From contig CAWKNZ010000007.1 in the NCBI GenBank assembly GCA_963851265.1, positions 128,001 to 192,000 on the forward strand: 64,000 bases of DNA, read 5' to 3'. The DNA comes from an uncultured Gemmatimonadales bacterium. Its GTDB lineage: Bacteria > Gemmatimonadota > Gemmatimonadetes > Gemmatimonadales > Gemmatimonadaceae. Each line of letters opens with the position of its first letter. The first letter of the stretch is position 1. Positions 19,444 through 30,124 of this stretch are shown piece after piece. The notes under the pieces were generated by a model. That model had not been told where the DNA came from, made no database searches, and saw only the letters and a list, made by a program, of their open reading frames with translations. Both the position numbers and the translations under genes were made by a program.

Positions 19444-22035
19444 TTAGTGCGCGGCCGCCGCGAGCGCGAGCGCGTGACCCGACGGGCGCCGCGCGAGCGC
19501 CGCCGGATACGGCACGCCCGGCCCCTTCACCGTGCGCCAGAGCACGCGGTTGAACGTCCCCTCGTCCGCCGCGTCCTCCACGTCCAGCGCGAGGCGGGAG
19601 CTCGCGCGCGCGTCCGCCGGCGTGGTGTTGGTCGCCGTGTTGCGCTCCTCGAGCGGGACGGCGGGCGTGAGCGCGGCATAGGGGCGAAAGTCCGGCGTCG
19701 CGGCCCAGACGTCGTGCAGCGGTCGCGCGAACGCGTCGAACTGGCTCATCCGCCCCAGATGCAGCGCCTCCTCGATGGTCGCGAGCACGTCGGTGGTGTT
19801 GGTCCAGCGGTGCACCGCGCCGGGCCGGCTCCAGGCCGAGATCGCGAGGAACGGGGCGCGGTGCGAATCGACGTGGTCGGGGCCGTTCTGGGCGTCGTCC
19901 TCGACGACGAACATCACGGTGTTGCGCCAGTAGGGCGAGCGCGAGAGCGCCTCGACCATGCGGCCTAACGCGAGGTCGTTGTCGGCGAGGTAGGCGCGCG
20001 GCGTGTGGCTGCCGCGGCGCGCGCCGGCGGTGTGGTCGTTGGACAAGCGCACGAGCTCGAGCGCGGGCATCTGCCCGTTGCGCGAGAACTCCTGCAGCTC
20101 CGCGATCCAGCGGTCGGCGCGGAACTGGTCGGGGATGTCGAGGTCGAACCCCGGCGAGAGCGTGTCGGTGTGCGTGAGGAGGAAGGCCTTGGTGCCGCGG
20201 TACCGGGCCGGGCGCGCGCCGGGCCCGGAGGGCGGCGCCGTGCCCTCGTCCGAGACCGCGCCCTCGGGCACGACGAACTCGCCGTAGTTGCGGAACGACG
20301 CGCCCGCCGCGCGCGCGAGGTCCCACAGGTACCCGCTCGCGGGCTCCGCGACGTCGTCCGTCGGGATGTCGCGCGTGGAGAAGCCGCGGTTGGTGCCCTC
20401 GAAATCGTAGCTCCGGCCGCGCCCCGAGTAGTTGATCGGCACGGTCTTCTGGACGTACTCGGTGGCGTACGCCGCGGTACTCCAGTTGTGCCCGTCCCCG
20501 CTCACCTCCGCGTTCACGAAGAACCGGTCGAAGATCCCGAACCGCTCGGCGAGGGCGTGGTGGTTGGGCGTGTTGGCGCGCGGGAAGAACGTGAGCGAGG
20601 TGTCGCCGTCGGCCTGCGCGAGGTCGCCGAGCAGCTGGTCGTAGGTGCGGTTCTCCTTGATCACGTAGACGACGTGTGCGAACGGCGGGATGCGACCCGC
20701 GAGCCCCGCCGCGCGGCCGCCGTCCCAGCCGTCGGCCCGCGTCACGCGCGCGCCTAACGCCGCCAGCCGGGCGGCGTCGCCGAGGGCGGAGAGGGGCAGC
20801 GCGGTCACCGTCCCGCCGATCTGGCTGAGCGTCGTGTTCGCGCCGCGCGAGCCCTGCTTGTCGAGCGACAACCGCGGCTGCGGGCCGTCGGGGTTGGGCG
20901 CCGTGCCGCGCCCCTTACCGTCGGCGGAGTAGACGGTGTCGCCGAGCACGGCGACGGCGGTGGGGTACCAGCCCACCGGTGCGCGCCCGAGCAGCGCGCC
21001 CGCGCCGTCGGCCGCCAGCGAGAACACGGCCACGGCGTTGTCGTCGCTCTCGCCCACGTACAGCCGCGACTCGTCCGCCGAGAGCGCGAGCGCGGCCGGT
21101 GTGCTCCCCTCACGGATCGCGCCAACAGCGGACGCGGGTGGCGCGTCGTCGAGCGTTGCCCGCGTCGCGAGCGTGCGCGTGTCGACCACGAGCACCCGGT
21201 CGGTGTTCGTCGAGGCGACGAACAGCCGCCGTCCCGCCCGGTCGAGGAGCAGCGACGACGGGTGCCGGGCGACGTGCACGTCCCGCACGCGTCCTAACGC
21301 GCCCGCCCCGTCCGGGTCGAACACGCTCAGCGTGGTCCCGCCCCACGCGCTCACGAACACCCGCCCCTCGGGCGTGACGGCAACGCCGTACGGGTAGCGC
21401 TCGGTCGGGAGCCGCTGGAGGACGCGTCCGCTCTCGACGTCCAACACCGCGAGCCCGTCGCCGAGGTTCTCCGCCACGTAGAGGCGGCGCCCGTCGGGCG
21501 AGAGCGCGAGCCCGGCCGGATAGCGCGTGCCGTTGGTGCGCGGCGTCCGCCGGGCCGCGAGGATCAGCGAGTCGACCCGCTCCAGCCGTCCGCCGGCCCA
21601 GCGGTAGCGATACACCACGTCGGCGTTGCCGCCCGACGTGTAGAGCGTGCGCGAGCCGTCCGCGTTCGGGGCGGGCGCCCAGGCGAGCCCGACGAACGCA
21701 CTCGCCTGCTCCACGGTCTGCCGCACGCGCCCGGTCGCGCGATCGAGCACCTGCACCCCTTCGCCGTTCCACCCGCACCCGAGGAGGACGAGCGCGTCGC
21801 CGTCGGGGGCGGGGAGCATCGTCAGCGGCATCGGCAGCACGTCGACCTGCCGCCCGGCGGGGTCGAGGTGCTGGCCGTTGGGCAGTCGCCGCGCGCCGGT
21901 GTCGAGCGACACGCCGCTGACGGCGCGAGCGGCGGTCGCGTCGGGGCGCGACGTGGCGGAGCAGCCCGCGCCGACGACGGCGGACGCGACGGTGAGCGCG
22001 GCCGCAGCGGCGCGCGCAGGCAGGGAAGGGCGCAT
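19444..22035 (-). CDS. YncE-like beta-propeller fused to phosphoesterase/alkaline phosphatase domain, lipoprotein
   Basis: YPAGLALSPDG propeller repeats; HVVYVIKENRTYDQ, SGDGHNW, EDDAQNGPDHVDSHR. Confidence 0.88.
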   Translation of the reverse strand: MRPSLPARAAAAALTVASAVVGAGCSATSRPDATAARAVSGVSLDTGARRLPNGQHLDPAGRQVDVLPMPLTMLPAPDGDALVLLGCGWNGEGVQVLDRATGRVRQTVEQASAFVGLAWAPAPNADGSRTLYTSGGNADVVYRYRWAGGRLERVDSLILAARRTPRTNGTRYPAGLALSPDGRRLYVAENLGDGLAVLDVESGRVLQRLPTERYPYGVAVTPEGRVFVSAWGGTTLSVFDPDGAGALGRVRDVHVARHPSSLLLDRAGRRLFVASTNTDRVLVVDTRTLATRATLDDAPPASAVGAIREGSTPAALALSADESRLYVGESDDNAVAVFSLAADGAGALLGRAPVGWYPTAVAVLGDTVYSADGKGRGTAPNPDGPQPRLSLDKQGSRGANTTLSQIGGTVTALPLSALGDAARLAALGARVTRADGWDGGRAAGLAGRIPPFAHVVYVIKENRTYDQLLGDLAQADGDTSLTFFPRANTPNHHALAERFGIFDRFFVNAEVSGDGHNWSTAAYATEYVQKTVPINYSGRGRSYDFEGTNRGFSTRDIPTDDVAEPASGYLWDLARAAGASFRNYGEFVVPEGAVSDEGTAPPSGPGARPARYRGTKAFLLTHTDTLSPGFDLDIPDQFRADRWIAELQEFSRNGQMPALELVRLSNDHTAGARRGSHTPRAYLADNDLALGRMVEALSRSPYWRNTVMFVVEDDAQNGPDHVDSHRAPFLAISAWSRPGAVHRWTNTTDVLATIEEALHLGRMSQFDAFARPLHDVWAATPDFRPYAALTPAVPLEERNTATNTTPADARASSRLALDVEDAADEGTFNRVLWRTVKGPGVPYPAALARRPSGHALALAAAAH

Positions 22036-22133
22036 GCCGGCCAACGTAGCCCCGGGCCGGGTGCCGCGCGCCGACCGGCGCGCTCGCGCGTGTATCACCA
22101 CGGCAAAAGTGTGGGCGGAGGTAGTTTTTCCGG

Positions 22134-23171
22134 ATGACCACCGTCGACGTCGTGCCGGCCGCGCCCGTGCTCCCCTCCCTCGCCGCGATCGAGGCCGCGG
22201 CGTCCACGGTCTACGCAGCCATGCCCCCCACCCCGCAGTACCGCTGGCCGCTGCTCGAGCTGCGCACCGGCACCGAGACCTGGGTGAAGCATGAGAACCA
22301 CACGCCCGTGGGCGCGTTCAAGATCCGCGGATCGCTCGTGCACCTCGAACGACTGGCGCGCGAGACGCCGCGCGTCACGGGGGTCGTCACCGCCACGCGC
22401 GGCAACCACGGCCAGGGCGTGGGATTCGCGGCGCGCCGGCACGGCATCCCGGCCGCGGTCGTCGTCCCGCGCGGCAACGGGCGCGAAAAGAACGCCGCGA
22501 TGCGCGCGCTCGGCGTCGAGCTGCTCGAAATCGGCGACGACTTTCAGGCCGCCGTCGAGGCGGCCGACTCGATCGCCGCCGAGCGCGGGTGGTACCGCCT
22601 CCCGAGCTTCCACCCGGACCTCGTGACGGGGGTGGCCACCTACGCGCTCGAACTGTTCCGCGGCACCGCAGCGGCCGGAGCGCCGCTCGACACCGTGTAC
22701 GTTCCGATCGGTCTCGGGTCGGGGGCGTGTGCCGTGCTCGCCGCCCGCGCGGCGTTGGGCGCCGGCGCGGACGTGGTCGGCGTCGTGAGCGCGCACGCGC
22801 CGGCCTACGCGCGCGCGTTCGAGACGGGACGCGCCGAGTCGTACGCCGCGACGACCGTGCTCGCCGACGGGATGGCCTGCCGCACGCCCGTGCCCGACGC
22901 GGTCGCGATGCTCCGGGGCGAGCGGGGCGGGGCGGGGCTCACCCGCGTCGTCGAGGTCACCGACGCCGAGGTCGGCGACGCGATGCGGGCCCTGTTCACC
23001 GATACGCACAACGCCGCCGAGGGCGCCGGGGCGGCCTCGCTCGCCGGACTGCTGCAGGAGGTCGCGCGGGACCCCGGGCGCGTGCGGGGGCGGCGCGTCG
23101 CGGTCGTGCTGTGCGGGGCGAACGTCGACGCGTCGGTGTTCGCGGACGTGCTCACCCAGCGGTCGGCCTGA
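22134..23171 (+). CDS. PLP-dependent threonine/serine dehydratase-like protein
   Basis: KHENHTPVGAFKIRG, ATRGNHG, VPIGLGSG, AEGAGA, CGANVD. Confidence 0.9.
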   Translation: MTTVDVVPAAPVLPSLAAIEAAASTVYAAMPPTPQYRWPLLELRTGTETWVKHENHTPVGAFKIRGSLVHLERLARETPRVTGVVTATRGNHGQGVGFAARRHGIPAAVVVPRGNGREKNAAMRALGVELLEIGDDFQAAVEAADSIAAERGWYRLPSFHPDLVTGVATYALELFRGTAAAGAPLDTVYVPIGLGSGACAVLAARAALGAGADVVGVVSAHAPAYARAFETGRAESYAATTVLADGMACRTPVPDAVAMLRGERGGAGLTRVVEVTDAEVGDAMRALFTDTHNAAEGAGAASLAGLLQEVARDPGRVRGRRVAVVLCGANVDASVFADVLTQRSA

Positions 23172-23202
23172 CGGGTCGCGCGCCGGCGTGGCACGGCCCG
23201 CG

Positions 23203-24465
23203 TCACGCCGGGCCGGTCGCCCGCTCCCGACGCGAACGGAGGGCGAGCACCGCCGCCGCGACCAGCGCCGGCACGGCGAACACGATCGCGGTCGCGCGCG
23301 GCCCGATCACGTTGCCCAGCGCCCCATCCGCCAGGCTTGCGATCGGCCGCGTCCCGAGAAACGCCACGCTCCACAACGCCATCACGCGCCCGCGCTCGGC
23401 GTCGCTCACGCCGAGCTGCAGCTCGGTGGTCGCGCGCGTCTGCGCCAGCAGGTAGCCGAACCCGGCCAGCGGGAGTGCGGCGAACGCGAACCCCAACCGC
23501 GGCGCGAGCGCGAAGCCGACGAGCCCGGCGCCGAAGCAGAGCAGCGCGACGGGGACGGTGCGTGATGGTGGCCGCGGCCCCGTGCCGCCCGTCCCGCCGG
23601 CGGGCATGAGCGACGCCACGACCGCGCCCACGCCGAACGCCCCGATCAGGACACCGGCGAACGTGTCGGGGCGCCCGAACAGCCGCGTCGCGAAGGCCGG
23701 CGTGAGCGTGTTCACCGGGTCGAGCGACACCGACACCGCGGCGATGGTGAGGAGGAGCGCCACGAGCCGCGGCTCGCCGCGCACGCGCCGCAGGCTGTCG
23801 CGCAGCGTCGGGCGCGGCCCCTTCGCCGCGGCCGGCGGCGTCGCGGCGCGCACCGCGACCACCGCGCCCGCCAGCGCGAGAAACGACAGCGCGTTGAGCC
23901 CGATCGCCCACGGGATCCCGAACCGCGCGACCACCGCCGCGCCGGCGACGGGCCCCACGGCGCGCGCGAGGTTGAACGTCACCGAGTTCATCGCGATCGC
24001 CGCGCCGAGATCCTCGCGCGGAACGAGCGCCGGCACGACCGCCTGCAGTGCGGGAGTGGCGAACGCGGTCGTCAGCCCCAGGAGCAGGGCGAGCCCCAGC
24101 ACCACGGCGAGCGAGCCGTGCCCCGCCGCGACCGCGAGGGCGAGCGCGGCGCTCGTCGCCGTGGCGACGAGCTGCGTGACGAGGATGAGCCGCCGGCGGT
24201 CGAACCGGTCCGCCGCGGCGCCCGCCCACGGCGCGAGCAGCAGCACCCCGGCGAACTGTGCGAAGTTGACCGCCCCCACCCAGAACGACGAGTGCGTGAG
24301 GCGGAAGACGAACAGGGCGAGCGCGATGTTCTGGAACCACGTGCCGCAGTTCGACAGCACGTTGCCGCCGAAGAAGAGCCCGAAATCCCGGTGCCGGAAG
24401 GCGCGGAGTGCGGAGCCGCGCCCTCCCGACGCGGGCTCCGCGGCCGGACGGGCCCCTGCCGTCAG
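23203..24465 (-). CDS. MFS transporter
   Basis: HRDFGLFFGGNVLSNCGTWFQN, NSVTFNLARAVGP, RGRVMALW; conserved N-terminus extends to an in-frame CTG overlapping the upstream stop. Confidence 0.85.
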   Translation of the reverse strand: MTAGARPAAEPASGGRGSALRAFRHRDFGLFFGGNVLSNCGTWFQNIALALFVFRLTHSSFWVGAVNFAQFAGVLLLAPWAGAAADRFDRRRLILVTQLVATATSAALALAVAAGHGSLAVVLGLALLLGLTTAFATPALQAVVPALVPREDLGAAIAMNSVTFNLARAVGPVAGAAVVARFGIPWAIGLNALSFLALAGAVVAVRAATPPAAAKGPRPTLRDSLRRVRGEPRLVALLLTIAAVSVSLDPVNTLTPAFATRLFGRPDTFAGVLIGAFGVGAVVASLMPAGGTGGTGPRPPSRTVPVALLCFGAGLVGFALAPRLGFAFAALPLAGFGYLLAQTRATTELQLGVSDAERGRVMALWSVAFLGTRPIASLADGALGNVIGPRATAIVFAVPALVAAAVLALRSRRERATGPA

Positions 24466-27089
24466 TTGCCCCGCCGCCCGGCGCCGTCCGGGTGCAGGAT
24501 GCGGTCGATCTGATCGCGCGCGCCCTGCAGGTGCAGGCGCGTCGTGCGGTCGGTCGTGCGCCCCACGGCGGCGGCGATCTCGCGGTCGAGGTCGACGAGC
24601 TCGCCCCGGAGCAGCGCGCGCGCGTCGACGGCGTTGACCGGCGTGAGAAAGCGCACCACCTCGGGCGGCAGCCCCGGCGGGACGGCCGGCGCGGCCGACG
24701 GGTTGAGCTTCGCCCCGATGACGTCGAGGTAGGCGAGCTGCAGCCGGCGCCGGAACGGGTCGATCGCCGCCCCGCGCGGCAGCTCCGTCCAGATGCCGCG
24801 TCGCAGGTCACCGAGCATCTCGCCCACCGCGTAGGTGTCGCGGTCGGCGCCCATCCCCTCCTGCTCGACCATGCGCTGCAGGCGCGCGTTGTCGAGTAGC
24901 GTGTTGAGGATGCGCCGCTGCGCCGTGCCCAGGCGGTCGATCGAGCCCGAGGCCTCGATCTTCCGCAGCACGCTCGGGTCGAGGAGGTACTCGGGGGTCT
25001 GGAAGGCGTTGGCGTTGAGGAACGCGACGGCCGCCTTCTGCCGGGCGCGCGGGATGCGCGAGTAGACCTCGCCCTTCTGGCCGACGTACTTCTCCTGCTT
25101 GTAGTCGCCGCCCGGGATGCGCGCCACGTGCCCGAGCTCGATCGCCCACTGGCCGACGAGGCGGTTGTAGAGCTCCTGGAGGTCGTCGTACGGCTCGCCC
25201 GGGCGCGTCTCGGTCGCGCCCTCGAGCAGGCGGGCCACCCGGCGGATGTTCTTGATGCCTAACGCGGTCGCGCGCACCGCGTCCTGGTCGCCCACCGCCT
25301 CGCTCGCCTCGCCCGGGTCGGGGCCCTGGATGCCCTCGTCGCCGCCGAAGCGGTACCAGGGCACGCTGTCCTGCATGCGCGACCAGCGGTCGGTGGTGGG
25401 CTTCTCCGCGTCCGCGGTGGCCGCGCCCGGGATGGGCGTGTAGCCCCACATGATCGCGTACTTGTCGTAAGGCCCCACGCGCGGCACCAGGTCCTCGAGC
25501 GCGATGTGGTCCTCGGGCTGCGCCACGTAGTTGTAGCGCGAGTAGTCCATGATGCTCGGGCTGTGCCCCATGCGGTGCACCCACGCGGCGGAGCGCACCG
25601 AATCCATCGGGTACATCGAGCTGCCCTTCATGTCGTGGCGCAGCCCCATCGTGTGTCCCACCTCGTGCGCGACGACGAACTGCATCAGCCGCCCCATGAG
25701 GGAGTCGGGGAAGGGCAGGTGCTGCGCGCGCGGGTCGAGCTGGCCGACCTGCGTGAAGTACCAGGCGCGGTTGAGGTTCGTGACGTTATGGAAAATTTGC
25801 ACGTCGGCGTCGAGGATCTCGCCGCTCCGCGGGTCCACCGTGCTCGGACCGACCGCGTTCTCCGTGGCGCTCGGCACCCAGCGCACCATCGAGACGTTCG
25901 CGTTCTCGCCGCGCAGGATCGCCACCGAGTCGCGCGGCACCTCGCGCGCGACGATCCCCTGCTTGAAGCCCGCGGCCTCGAACGCGCTCTGCCACTCCTC
26001 GATCCCCTTCTTCACCCAGGGCACGTAGACGGTGGGCGTCGCCGGGTCCACGTAGTAGGTGATCGGGCGCTTGGGGTAGCAGAGGTTGCCCTCGCGCCGG
26101 TCCGAGCACTCGAGGCGCCAGCGGTTGATGAAGCTGACCCGCCGCACGCGCTGCTCGCGCGAGCCGAAATCGGACTGCTGCGTGTTGAAGTAGCCGACGC
26201 GCTCGTCGGAGAGCCGCGGCTTCATCGGCACGTCGGGCAGTCGGACGAGCGAGAAGTGGTACAGCTCCGTCCCGGTCGGCGTCGGCCCGAAGAGCGCGGC
26301 GACCGGGCTCGCGGCGAGGAAGGGCGACGCGTTGCCGAACGTCTGCGACGCCTCGATCTCGACGTTGCGCGGGTAGGCCGCGACGCTCTCGACGAACGAG
26401 CGCGACGGGTCGGCGCTCGCCCGCGAGCCGCCCTGGAGCAGGTCGGACACGCCGCCCGTGAACAGCCGCGACACCTCGACCACCGCGCTCGAGTCGGGGC
26501 CGTAGGCCTCGACGTTGAACGCGGCGATGATCGGCGCGTACGTCACGATCTCGACCGCGCGCGCGACCGGGTTGGTGGTGTCGGCCACCACGTTGCGGTA
26601 CTCGATGCCGCGCAGCAGCAGGCGGTTCTCGCGGCGCTCCCAGCGCACGAGCCGGTTGCCGGCGAGCGTCGTGAACGCGAGCCCGCCGGACGGCGCCTGC
26701 GTCCCGCGCAGCGTGCGCACGATGAGCATGTCGCGGTTCAGCTGCGCGCGCGGGATCTCGAAGTAGAGGCGCCCGCGGGTGAGGTGCGTCGTGACGAGGC
26801 CGTGCTGCGTGCGCGCCCCCGGCGTGATGACGAAGTTGTACGGGCGCGGGCTCGGGTCGCCGCCCGCGCCGCCCGTCATGCTCGCCATCATCGCGGCGAG
26901 GTTGGGCGGCCCGGCCGCCGGCGTACCGCCCGGCGTCGGCACGCCGGGCGTGCCCGGGGTCGTCGGCGAGGCCGCGGCCTGTGTCGGGCGCGACGACGAC
27001 GACGGCGCGGGGGTGGGCGCGTTCTCGGGCGAGCGCCACTGGCACCCGGACGCGAGGAGCGCCGCGAGCAAGGCGGCGACCGGCGGCAT
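24462..27089 (-). CDS. Zinc-dependent metalloprotease lipoprotein (DUF5117/DUF4953-type)
   Basis: Lipobox LASGC; DERVGYF, DPRSGEIL, HEVGHTMGLRH zinc motif, SIMDY Met-turn. Confidence 0.9.
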   Translation of the reverse strand: MPPVAALLAALLASGCQWRSPENAPTPAPSSSSRPTQAAASPTTPGTPGVPTPGGTPAAGPPNLAAMMASMTGGAGGDPSPRPYNFVITPGARTQHGLVTTHLTRGRLYFEIPRAQLNRDMLIVRTLRGTQAPSGGLAFTTLAGNRLVRWERRENRLLLRGIEYRNVVADTTNPVARAVEIVTYAPIIAAFNVEAYGPDSSAVVEVSRLFTGGVSDLLQGGSRASADPSRSFVESVAAYPRNVEIEASQTFGNASPFLAASPVAALFGPTPTGTELYHFSLVRLPDVPMKPRLSDERVGYFNTQQSDFGSREQRVRRVSFINRWRLECSDRREGNLCYPKRPITYYVDPATPTVYVPWVKKGIEEWQSAFEAAGFKQGIVAREVPRDSVAILRGENANVSMVRWVPSATENAVGPSTVDPRSGEILDADVQIFHNVTNLNRAWYFTQVGQLDPRAQHLPFPDSLMGRLMQFVVAHEVGHTMGLRHDMKGSSMYPMDSVRSAAWVHRMGHSPSIMDYSRYNYVAQPEDHIALEDLVPRVGPYDKYAIMWGYTPIPGAATADAEKPTTDRWSRMQDSVPWYRFGGDEGIQGPDPGEASEAVGDQDAVRATALGIKNIRRVARLLEGATETRPGEPYDDLQELYNRLVGQWAIELGHVARIPGGDYKQEKYVGQKGEVYSRIPRARQKAAVAFLNANAFQTPEYLLDPSVLRKIEASGSIDRLGTAQRRILNTLLDNARLQRMVEQEGMGADRDTYAVGEMLGDLRRGIWTELPRGAAIDPFRRRLQLAYLDVIGAKLNPSAAPAVPPGLPPEVVRFLTPVNAVDARALLRGELVDLDREIAAAVGRTTDRTTRLHLQGARDQIDRILHPDGAGRRGN

Positions 27090-27393
27090 CGCGTGTGACA
27101 GTGTCGCATGCGACGGCGTCGCGCGCGACGGGTGTGCGCGACGGCCGCGCGCGGGCGGGAGGCGAAGCATCGGGGAATCGAAGGGTCGGGAACGCGCGCG
27201 CGGTCCGGTGTACGCTACGCCGGACCGCGCGCCCTCGCGCCGCCGCCGAGCGGGGCGCGACGCACGACGAAGCTACGGCGCGCGCGTCCGCGGTGTTGGC
27301 GGGGGCTTCGCCGTGAACGCCCGAACGGCATCAACCGTTGCCTCCCGATCCTGACCGCCGCCGCGCCGCGTGGCCTGTTACGCTTCCCCGCCC

Positions 27394-29250
27394 ATGTCCG
27401 ACGTCCTGATCCCGACCATGCCCGACGGGCCCGCGCCTCCCGCGGTGCTCGCGCCCGATCCCGCCGCCCACGCCTACCCTCGCCCGCAGCTCGTGCGCGA
27501 GCAGTGGGTGTCGCTCAACGGCGCGTGGCAGTTCGCCCTCGACCGCACGGGGCACTGGCGACGCCCCGACGAAGTGGTGTGGGACCGCCGCATCGTCGTC
27601 CCGTTCGCGCCCGAGACCGCGGCCAGCGGTGTCGACGATCCCGGCTTCTACCGTCGCTGCTGGTACCGGCGCCGATTCGATGCGCCCGCGCTCGAGCCGG
27701 GCGAGCGCCTCGTACTCCACTTCGGCGCGATCGACTACGAGGCGACGGTGTGGGTGAACGGCGTCGAGGTCACCCGGCACGAGGGCGGCTACACGCCGTT
27801 TCACGTCGACATCACCGACGCGCTCCGCGCCGACGCGCCGCAGGTGCTCATCGTCTGCGCCGACGACGACCCGCAGGACCTCGCGAAGCCGCGCGGGAAG
27901 CAGGACTGGCTCCTCGAGCCGCACTCCATCTGGTACCCGCGCACGACCGGCATCTGGCAGACGGTGTGGACGGAGCGGGTGCCGGGCACGCGCATCACCG
28001 CGCTCCGCTGGTCGGCCAACCTCGAACGGTGGGAGGTGGGCGTGGCGGCGACGGTCGACGGCCCGCGTGCCGCCGACGGACTGCGCCTCGCGGTGCGCCT
28101 GACCGCGCGCGGCGAGACGCTCGCCGACGACGTCTACCTCGTCACGGCAGGCGAGGTGCACCGGCGCATCGCGCTCTCGGATCCGGGGATCGACGACTAC
28201 CGCAACGCGCTCCTGTGGCGCCCCGAGCACCCGACGCTCATCGACGCGGAGCTCACGCTGCTCGCCCCCGACGGCGCGGTGCTCGACCGCGTGACGAGCT
28301 ACTGCGCCCTGCGACAGGTGGGCGTGCAGGGCGATCGCTTCCTGCTCAACGGGCGGCCGTATCACCTGCGCCTCGTGCTCGACCAGGGCTACTGGGCCGC
28401 CACGGGCCTCACCGCGCCCAACGACGCCGCGCTCCGCCACGACGTCGAGCTCGCCAAGGCGCTCGGCTTCAGCGGGGTGCGCAAGCACCAGAAGATCGAG
28501 GACCCGCGCTACCTGTACTGGGCCGACCGCCTCGGGCTCCTCGTGTGGGAAGAGATGCCGAGCCCGTACCGGTTCACGCGGCGCTCGGTGGAGCGGTTGA
28601 CGAAGCAGTGGCTCGAGGTGCTCACGCGCGACGCGAGCCACCCGTGCATCATCGCGTGGGTGCCGTTCAACGAGAGCTGGGGCGTGCCCGACCTCCCCAC
28701 CACCCCCGCGCAGCGGCACTGGGTGTCGGCGCTCTACCACCTCACGCGCACCATGGACCACTCGCGCCCGGTGGTCGGCAACGACGGCTGGGAGAGTGTC
28801 GCGACCGACCTCGTCGGCATCCACGACTACGACGCCGACCCGGAGCGCATGCGCCGCCGCTACCGCCCGGACGTCGAGCTGCCCCAGATCTTCGAGCGCG
28901 AACGGCCCGGCGGCCGCGTGCTCGTGCTCGAGGGGATCGACGAGAACGCGCGCCTGCCCGTGGTGCTCTCGGAGTTCGGCGGCGTCGCGCTCGCACCCGA
29001 CGAGGAGAACACGTGGGGCTACTCGCGGAGCCGCACCACCGAGGAGTTCGCCGACAAGTACCGCGCGCTGCTCGCCGCGGTGAACGGGATCGGCCTGTTC
29101 GCCGGCTTCTGCTACACGCAGTTCGCCGACACCTACCAGGAGGCCAACGGCCTCGTGACGATGGACCGCGCGCCGAAATTCGCGATCGCCGCCATTCGCC
29201 GCGCCACGACCGGGGTGCCCGACCGCAGTTCGGTGACCGGCGCGGCCTGA
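27394..29250 (+). CDS. Glycoside hydrolase family 2
   Basis: YPRPQL, LHFGAIDY, HEGGYTPF, TGIWQTVW, LDQGYW, RKHQK, FNESWG, SEFGG. Confidence 0.92.
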   Translation: MSDVLIPTMPDGPAPPAVLAPDPAAHAYPRPQLVREQWVSLNGAWQFALDRTGHWRRPDEVVWDRRIVVPFAPETAASGVDDPGFYRRCWYRRRFDAPALEPGERLVLHFGAIDYEATVWVNGVEVTRHEGGYTPFHVDITDALRADAPQVLIVCADDDPQDLAKPRGKQDWLLEPHSIWYPRTTGIWQTVWTERVPGTRITALRWSANLERWEVGVAATVDGPRAADGLRLAVRLTARGETLADDVYLVTAGEVHRRIALSDPGIDDYRNALLWRPEHPTLIDAELTLLAPDGAVLDRVTSYCALRQVGVQGDRFLLNGRPYHLRLVLDQGYWAATGLTAPNDAALRHDVELAKALGFSGVRKHQKIEDPRYLYWADRLGLLVWEEMPSPYRFTRRSVERLTKQWLEVLTRDASHPCIIAWVPFNESWGVPDLPTTPAQRHWVSALYHLTRTMDHSRPVVGNDGWESVATDLVGIHDYDADPERMRRRYRPDVELPQIFERERPGGRVLVLEGIDENARLPVVLSEFGGVALAPDEENTWGYSRSRTTEEFADKYRALLAAVNGIGLFAGFCYTQFADTYQEANGLVTMDRAPKFAIAAIRRATTGVPDRSSVTGAA

Positions 29251-29308
29251 GCCGGGCCGGCCCGCCCCGCCGCGCACGCCGTGCGCGGATCTTGCCCTCG
29301 TCCGGGGC

Positions 29309-30115
29309 ATGCCGACGCGCCTAACGCACGACCTGCTCGACGAGCGCCCGCTCCCCGGCGGGGGCCGCCGGATCACGCTCCGCTTCGGACGCGAGGGCGA
29401 AGCCGAGCGCGTGCCGGGGCTGCTGCTCGTCCCCGACGGCGCCGGCCCGACCCGGCTGGCGCCCGCGGCGGTCCTCCTCCACGGCTACTCGTCGCGCAAG
29501 GAAGACATGGCCGAGTTGGTGGGGCACGGACTGCTGGCGCGCGGCATCGCCTCGCTCGCCATCGACCTGCCGTTGCACGGCGAGCGGCGCGGCGACGTCG
29601 ACTTCCGCTCGGTGCGCAACCCGCTCGCGCTCGCGCAGGCCTGGCGCCGCGGCCTCGCCGACGGCAAGCTCGCGCTCGGCTACCTCGGCGCCCGCCCCGA
29701 GGTCGACGCCGACCGCCTCGCGCTCACGGGCTACTCGATGGGCAGCTTCCTCGGCGTGCAGATCGCGGCCGACGCGCCGGCCGTGCGCGCCCTCGTCCTC
29801 GCCGCCGGCGGCGACCTGCCCACGGGTACGCCGTTCGACCGCCTCGTGCGCGCCATGGCCGACCCGCTCAAGGCGGTGCGGCGCTTCGACGGGCGCCCGC
29901 TGCTGATGGTCCACGGCCGGCGCGACAGTACGGTACGCCCCGAGCAGGCGCAGCGCCTGTTCGACGCGGCCGAGGAGCCGAAGGAGCTGCGCTGGTACGA
30001 CGCCGGGCACTACCTACCGGCGTCGGCGATCGACGACGCCGTGGCGTGGCTCTCGGAGCGCCTCGCGCGCCGGAGCGGCGTCCAGGGGCGCGGCGAGAGC
30101 GCACGCTCCGCGTGA
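29309..30115 (+). CDS. Alpha/beta hydrolase
   Basis: LLHGY, GYSMG nucleophile elbow, HGRRD, AGH. Confidence 0.88.
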   Translation: MPTRLTHDLLDERPLPGGGRRITLRFGREGEAERVPGLLLVPDGAGPTRLAPAAVLLHGYSSRKEDMAELVGHGLLARGIASLAIDLPLHGERRGDVDFRSVRNPLALAQAWRRGLADGKLALGYLGARPEVDADRLALTGYSMGSFLGVQIAADAPAVRALVLAAGGDLPTGTPFDRLVRAMADPLKAVRRFDGRPLLMVHGRRDSTVRPEQAQRLFDAAEEPKELRWYDAGHYLPASAIDDAVAWLSERLARRSGVQGRGESARSA

Positions 30116-30124
30116 CGACGCGCT